Positions 56,638 through 64,000 of a stretch of DNA of 64,000 nucleotides are shown piece by piece. Both the position numbers and the translations under genes were made by a program. Origin of the DNA: Eledone cirrhosa (taxonomy: Eukaryota); the NCBI GenBank assembly GCA_964016885.1, contig OZ024740.1:121334001-121398000 (forward strand). Reading direction: 5' to 3'. The notes beneath the pieces are model-generated. The model had not been told where the DNA came from. It saw only the letters and a program-made list of their open reading frames with translations, and searched no databases. Each line of letters starts with the position of its first letter. The first letter of the stretch is position 1.

Positions 56638-56851
56638 TTCCATCACTATCAAAATGCCAGTTATAATAGTAATGATCAAATCAGTAAAATAAACAAGAAT
56701 TGTAAGTAAATGTATGTTTGTGCGTGTGCGGGCGTACGTACATATGTGCGTCAGATGGAATTGTAGAGACTTTGTTCAGACACACGACATATACTTGCAA
56801 TTATAAAACTGAGCGGTGGGAGAGAGAGAGAGTGAGAGAGAGAGAGAGAGA

Positions 56852-56927
<76 letters not shown>

Positions 56928-57797
56928 GATCCCTGAAATAGAATGGAAATTTATTTGGCTTTAATTCAATGAAAAATTGACCACGGCGGAAGTTGGACTG
57001 ACATTGCAGTGAGCCGGAACAGAGCGCAATTCACCGAAATGGAGAACACAATTTCTATCCGATGTCATGTCAACTATACAAATTCCTATCCTGCTAATTA
57101 CATGTATATCTCTGAAATGCCGACAGTATTTTATAGCTATTTCATTTTGAGAAAATCTTGTGGTAGCAAAAACGATAACGAGTGGTATACTTAAAGAGTG
57201 GGTGGATCACTGATATAGATGAAGTATTTCGATTAGTCCAAATATCTCTAGGATCAATTTCGTCTCTACAACAAACTCAAATAGTAAATAACGGCTGATG
57301 GCATTTTTATTATTGTCCTTCTTGTCTGTGTTTTATGTAATTTTAATTAATACATTAATTTAACCTTAAATTATTCATTGAATAGCAAAGATAATCAGTT
57401 TCATAGGGTTATAAAATGACAGACAGTTTTGAAACGACTGCATTCTTATATCATTAGACCAAGCGTTTAATGTCTAAGAAGGTCTAGAAGGTTTTGATGA
57501 ATTTTTTTCATTACAAAACATGGGCTCACATACAGAGCCACACAGCCATTCGCACACACATTCTTTCTTATATTTATATATAGAGAGGACCAACTTGTAC
57601 CCGTTGTTTCACGTTAACTTCAAAATATTTTTTAAGAATCATGTTTACTTTCAAATAATTCTTAAATAATTAAAATATAGACAGAAATGTATATAATGTG
57701 AAATGAAACTGGAAGGTCCATATATATACGTGTGTGTATGTACATATATATATATATATATATAACAAATGTGTATGTTTCTATACACACACACACG

Positions 57798-57833
<36 letters not shown>

Positions 57834-57886
57834 ATAGCTGAGGTAATATCCGTAGTGGTGGACACTCAGTCCATGGAACGAGTTAG

Positions 57887-60800
57887 GTAGAAATGGTTAC
57901 ACAACAGTTAGTTCAGCACACCGAGAACAATTGTTTCACCTTAGCGGATCCTCAGCTCGTAATGGACATGGTTATACGGAACAGGATGGACATCCGTACG
58001 GACGCGCATGCGCAGAAACGGTCATTTCCCCCAGGCAATACTAAATTGCGTGCGAGAGGTGTAGGGAGATAACTGCGAAAGTCCGAAAGTTTCTAGTTGA
58101 TAAGAAAATTAAGATGTTGTTGTAATTCAATCCGGAGACTTGTAGTTATGTATACGTGTGGACAACGTGTGAATAATTCATTTCTTGAGTTTAGGGAATC
58201 GCTATTGCGTAATGTTTAGAATATGTATTGGTTCATCAATCCACACGACGGATTGCCCCTTGCGTATGGCTTGGACTTAGTGATGGCTTTCCATTGAATG
58301 GAGTAGTCTATAATTGAGTCCTTGAGGTAACATACGTGGCTCGCGAGTTTCATGGATGAACGTCTGTCCGGGTAACTAAAGGTCGACTGGTGGTTCAGGA
58401 AGCGTTTCTCAAATCGGCCCTCCGCCATACCCACATAGGATTTGACCTCCTGTTGTTGATTTGGTCGGTTGGAAGTGAACAGAGCTTCATAAACTACAGC
58501 GGGTGTGTTTCATTGCTGTTGAAGGGGAGAAGCTTCGGGGAACGGCAAAAGCATCCTGGTGGGGTGTTGCTCTTAGGACTGTTGGTGATGTGGGTCTTCA
58601 TGTTCTTAGCGCAGGAGTATTCTAGTTTTACTTTGAGTCAGTTAAATATGGAGCGGTATTTATGACCTATGGGAAAGTGTCTATTTAAGAGGGCTAGAAA
58701 TCTTTTGCCTATATTGGTTTTATCGGTGAGTGAGAAGGGAGGAGTGAACCAGATAGTTTGTCTATTGTTACACTTTGTTTTCTTATTGCTGTTGTTGTTA
58801 GTGGGAGAATACGTGATAGGTTGTGAGAAGCCGCTATTAGCTAACGCCGTGTTATAATACGGTGCTGCTCTGTCAAAGATAGGCTTATTAGAAGAGATGT
58901 TTGAGATTCTAGTACTGATATTATTTACGAACTTTCTAAAAACAGTGGTAGGGTCGCATGAGTCCTTGTGAATGTAATAGAGTTTTTCGTCTGTAGATGT
59001 GTGTGCGAATATCTAAATTAATGTCTAAGAAATCTACGCTAGAGAGGGTGGTAGCTACTGTTATCCTATGTCCTAACTCATTGAAGGTAGAAGATAAGTC
59101 TTTTTTAAACCGGTTGAGGCCGTGACCAATTTTATGGCTCGATAATGTCAGTCCATCGTTGCGGTATATTCCCGTGTGGAAGTCCGGGAATCTAACACGT
59201 AATATGTCTAAAATGAATAGGACAACCAAGTCGCATACGTCAGCACTGTCAAAATATCCCATGGAGACGTCGAACAGGTCTGAAGTTGTTGAATTCTTTG
59301 CCCAGACTACTCCGTTGTTGAAGAGGAGGTTTTTCCGGCAGTGAACGATAATTTCCCTGTCTAAACCATGGACGGTAGTGAAAGTGGCAGCAAAATCCAA
59401 CGCTTCGTTTACCAAGATCTCTGAGACCGAGAGGTAAAGATCAACAATATCAAATTGCGTGAACTTCGCTTTTTTGGATTTGAAGGAGCTAAACCACTTA
59501 ATTACGGAGTCGCTGTTCTCCGACTGGTACAGATTGGACTTGGTCCTAATGGTCTTAACTATGTTTCTAAGTATGGCCTTAGTTACTAGTCCCATATCTG
59601 TGCGTGCCGGGTTTAGTAGTCTACATGTGGGGTTAGAAGTAAAGTGTACCTTGTGATCTTTCAAGGTGAGGAACGCCTCCCGCTTAGCTAGAGATTGTAC
59701 CTTCTTATCTACCCTAAGTGCGGCGGAAAGTTCTTTGGCTTCTGAATAATGTAGTGTTACGCAATAGGGTTAGCTTTCTTATATTTGGAAGTAATAGCGT
59801 TATGAGCCAGGTGGCTGTAAGTGGTGTTGTCGACTTCATATATAATATTAGTTTTGTCGGAAAGAAAAAAAGTGTTATTAGAATACCTACATTTCTTAAT
59901 ATCATTCTAAAGTTTAGTTTGAAAAGTGTTAGGGTGTTTGCGAAAGGAAATGTTAGCGACTAAGTCAAGAAGGTCCGCCGTAAAGTCCAGCGTAACAATA
60001 GACAAACTATCTGGTTGTCTCCTCCCTTCTCACTCAACGTTAAAATCAATGTCGGCAAAAGATTTTTAGCCCTCTTAGACAGACACTTTCCCATAGATCA
60101 TAAATACCGCTCCATATGTAACCGATACAAAGTAAAACTAGGATACTCCTGCGCTAAGAACATGAAGGCCCACATCACCAACAGCCCTAAGAGCAACACC
60201 CCGCCAGGATGCTATTGCCGTAATCCAGAAGCTTGTCCCCTTCAACAGCAATGCAACACACCCGCTGTAGTTTATGAAGCTGTGTTCACTTCCGACCGAC
60301 CAAATCAACAACAGGAGGTCAAATCCTGTTTGTGTATGGCGGAGGACCAATTTAAGGAACGCTTCCTGAACCACCAGTCTACGTTTAGGTACCCGGACAG
60401 ACGTTCATCCACGAAACTCGCGAGCCACATATGGTACCTCAAGGACTCAAATATAGACAACTCCATTCAATAGAAAGCCATCACTAAATCGAAGCCATAC
60501 GAAGGGCAAATCCGTCGTGTGGATTGATGGACGAATAAATATTCTAAAGAGATTACGGAATAGCGATTCCCTAAACTCAAGAAATGAATAATTCACACGT
60601 TTTCCACACGTCTGGAAACACATCTTACATAACTACAAACTCCGGATTGAATTACAACAACATCCTAATTTTCTTATCAAATAGAAACTTTCGGACTTTC
60701 GTATATATCTCCCTTACACCTCACGTACGCAATTTAGTATTGCCTGAGAGAAGTGACCGTTTCTTCGCATGATCGTTCGTACGGTTGTCTTCTTGTTCCG

Positions 60801-60887
60801 TATAACCATGACCATTACGAGCTGAGGATTCGCTAAGGTGAAACATTTGTTCTCGGTATGGTGAACTAACTGTTGTGTAACCACTTC

Positions 60888-60890
<3 letters not shown>
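57887..60890 (-). mobile_element. Penelope-like element (RT + GIY-YIG, minus strand) with an inverted ~0.9-kb 3' portion
   Basis: ORF 58936-59664 has RT motifs (CRLLNP, QFDIVDLY, FDVSMG.FDSA, GIYRND, VDFLDI). GIY-YIG remnants lie on the minus strand (58216-58770) and again on the plus strand (60015-60473). 57887-58770 is inverted relative to 59992-60890. Confidence 0.92.
57922..57959 (-). ncRNA. Minimal hammerhead motif in PLE pLTR (second copy at 60818-60855, plus strand)
   Basis: CGAG-CTGAGGA-t-CC-gctaa-GG-t-GAAA-CAATTG-TT-CTCG, with palindromic ACAATTGT. The plus-strand copy has two substitutions. Confidence 0.7.
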
Positions 60891-60964
<74 letters not shown>

Positions 60965-61030
60965 ATGTGTGTGTATACATATATGTGGGTGTCTATGATC
61001 TATATTCACTGGTCATAAACACACACTACT

Positions 61031-61061
<31 letters not shown>

Positions 61062-61064
<3 letters not shown>

Positions 61065-61882
61065 GCTGAAAAGGAAACACAACAGAGAGAGATATACAGT
61101 GCGCTATCAATTACGCATTAATTTATATTTTTAATTATCGTGTCTATTGTCTGACTTTTATAGGTTATAGAATCCATACACTGGTGTTTTTTTCCCCTGT
61201 TTTATTTGGTAGCGCACTGTATATCTCTCTCTGGTGTGTTACCTTTTCAACATATTGTATTTTAAAGAGCTCAGGATTTCTTCCTCTTTGAGCACATTAT
61301 TTACAGGGAATGGCGACGGCCTATGGCTCCGTTAATTTATCGTGAAATTTCGCTCCTTATAACAGTCTTTCCTATCTCTCTGTTTCGTTGAGGACACTTC
61401 TCTGAGGGGTTTTGGGCTGCCCTTTTTAGCAGCTCGTCCCTCAGAGGCCACTGGTTCACTGCCCTTAAACACGCTGTGACTTCTCTCTCCCACGTGTAGA
61501 TGGACAGTCACTTTTAAAATTCTCTTAGTGTTGTCTGAAATGTATAGCCTTACACACGCTGATGAACCGAGGATAGTCTATTTCTGTCAACAAATTACTG
61601 GCGAAACATCTGTTTGGGTTTGTACGTGTGTTATATAGTTATAGAGGTATTTATTTATGCTTTAATTTATATTTTTAATTATCGTGTCTATAGTCTGCCT
61701 TTCATAGGTTATAGATTCCATACACTGGTGGTTTTTTCCCTGTTTTATTGATAGCGCACTGTATATCTCTCTCTGGTGTGTTACCTTTTCAACATATTGT
61801 ATTTTAAAGAGCTCAGGATTTCTTCTCCTTTGAGCACACTGTCTACAGGGAATGGCGAGGGCCTATGGCTCCGTTAATATAT

Positions 61883-61886
<4 letters not shown>
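61062..61886 (+). mobile_element. Non-coding ~544-bp HHR unit, 1.4 tandem copies with a short 5' inversion
   Basis: 61119-61345 recurs at 61663-61886. 61062-61110 is inverted relative to 61207-61255. (TA)n flanks both ends. Confidence 0.75.
61552..61631 (+). ncRNA. Type I hammerhead-like motif
   Basis: Stem I ACACACG/CGTGTGT (7 bp); CTGATGA; poorly paired stem II; GAAA-CA...TG-T-A. Confidence 0.55.
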
Positions 61887-61923
<37 letters not shown>

Positions 61924-63042
61924 ACACAACACCACCAGTTCTGTCTTCCATTTTCCTTCGCTGTATCATTCCTCTCTCTATTTATTAAGGTATCCGGAAA
62001 AACCCCGTATCTCGGGAACACGTGCTTCGTTTTACTTGAAGCTTGTTTTATTCTATTTGTATTCCCATTTCAGAGGCAAATTCCTTTCAAAGAATTTTCC
62101 TATTATGCACCCTTTTGGCTAGTGGTCAAGTTTCTGATTTTTGCCTGTCAGCGAGAAGCCCGGGTTCATCTAGCCCTGTGATGATTCCTAGCCATTTTGA
62201 ATTTGTTTCTGGCGAGGAACATGTAAGAAAAATCCAATTGAGTTATCTCCTGGTGATCTCCAACCACGTTGATTTATGCAAGAACGGATATAACTAAAAA
62301 TGGGGGTAGAGATATCTTGAAGATTTTGGTAGGTTTAACTTACATTTTTTTTGTAACTTTAATTTTGTACCTAATTATGTATGGTTAACCACATGTCTAT
62401 TCATTTTTCTCCAGGCTATCAGAAATAGTATGATTTGATATATGAAATACCTCTACGGTCTTGATATTTTAATTCCAGTATTGGCAGTGCCAAAACTGGA
62501 ATTGAAATATCAAGACCGTAGAGGTATGTCATATATCAAATCATATATTTTATCTGACGAGGACGTACTGGAAAACAAACAACACTGTACCTTCGAAATA
62601 TATATAATAAAGCATATATTTTTATTATGTGAATATCTTCATTTGTTAATATTTTGAATAATATATATATAATTTATTATTAATAATCTCCCCCTGGTCG
62701 AGATGAAATCTGGTCATTTTGACTACTGCTATTTATAGTGGTAGTAGACTGACCTCCCTGTCTTTGCTTCTACCTTTACACACGGCACTGGACAGAATTG
62801 CTTCCACATCATTCATTCTCATCTCGGGAACAATTTTGAATAGCGCCAGTTCGTAATTTGAACTCGGGAATTTGATATTCTCCGAGTGAAAAGAATCTTC
62901 TGACGAGAGTTTATCTTTTCAATGGAAGCCCACAATGACTTTCCATTTATTTTTGAGACTCGAAACCGATTCGGTAAAGGTAAGTCCAGTGATTTAAAAA
63001 AAAATTAATTTTGAAAATATTTCTTATTTGCTAAATCTTGAT

Positions 63043-63124
<82 letters not shown>

Positions 63125-63332
63125 ACAACACCACTACCTCTCTCTCTCTCTCTATTTAAGAAAGTACCCGGAAAAACCCCGTATCTCGGGAACACATGAT
63201 CCGTTTTACGCCAAGCTTGTTTTATTCCATTTATAGTCCGATTTCTGGGTCAAATTCCTTTCAAAGTATTCTCCCATTATGCACCCTTTTGGCTGTATTA
63301 CCAGCAAGCAAGCAATCACAGAGTTTTAGTTG

Positions 63333-63475
63333 TATACTAGACCGCCCGTGACCCGTTGTATCAAGTTCAGTTCAAAATATTTTTTTTAAATCATGTTCAC
63401 TTAAAATAATGTTTAGATAATTAAAATATACACTGACATGTACATAATGTGAAATTAAACTGGAAGGTTCATATA
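63333..63475 (+). repeat. Dispersed repeat starting ACTAG..CCCGTGACCCG (possible non-autonomous Helitron/Helentron-type end)
   Basis: Similar to 57580-57720 (+) and 5105-5190 (-). A separate dispersed repeat pairs 61921-62120 with 63122-63295. Confidence 0.45.
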
Positions 63476-63489
63476 TATATACGTGCGTG

Positions 63490-63551
<62 letters not shown>

Positions 63552-63571
63552 ACAAATGTGTATGTTTCTAT

Positions 63572-63602
<31 letters not shown>

Positions 63603-64000
63603 CTAGCTGATGTACCCGATAATACTCGGGAACGGGGATATTCCCAGTTCCCATTAAAATGCCCAATGTTTCTCAGACCAAAAATGAAATCAAAATATAG
63701 GACAGATAATGAAAAGCGAAGACAAATTCATTTACGAAACAATAATACAAACAAATATTGTTGATTGCATTGGTCAGGCGAAAAAATATTTGTCAGAGGA
63801 GTTGAGTGTTGCTATAAGGAAAAATATAGAACCCCCATTAAGATCTTAATATTATTGAAATTTGCTGAACTTTTGTGAATAAGCATTACATCATGTCCTT
63901 TACCTATAGTTTAAATTTCATGTAAATCGAAAGGAAAATATTTTCAGCTGGGGTTTTGTGCCCCCGGGGAACCATTTGAATAAAATGAAATATACTTAGC

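Noticed and set aside
63603-63640. actagCTGATGtacccg as an HHR core (also ctgaggt at 57838)
   Set aside because: No GAAA or stem III at a suitable distance. It looks more like the ACTAG..CCCG..CGGG end of a dispersed repeat.

Overview
AT-rich, microsatellite-dense animal intergenic or intronic DNA. The SINE family and simple-repeat content suggest a cephalopod or other mollusc; this is inference. I see no host protein-coding gene. The window holds a frameshifted Chapaev3-type DNA transposon with intact ends, at least four decayed Penelope-like retroelements (PLEs), one decayed Tx1/L1-clade LINE ORF2 and several tRNA-derived SINEs. The main signal is RNA-structural. Two long, nearly homogeneous non-coding tandem arrays (13 x 466 bp at 9754-15910 and 12 x 472 bp at 27113-32744) carry one minimal type I hammerhead ribozyme (HHR) per monomer. 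The two monomers are diverged homologues. They share motif order, show compensatory changes in HHR stem I, have the same self-complementary ACTAGT stem III, and keep an ATGCAAAT (octamer) hairpin about 90-100 bp upstream of the ribozyme core. This architecture fits retrozymes or transcribed satellites that yield unit-length, possibly circular RNAs and could be mobilised by PLEs. Around ten further, unrelated intact or decayed HHR motifs lie in PLE pseudo-LTRs and small fold-back inserts. Nearly all have a palindromic stem III, and most sit in (TA)n tracts. All folds were read by eye, and activity is untested.
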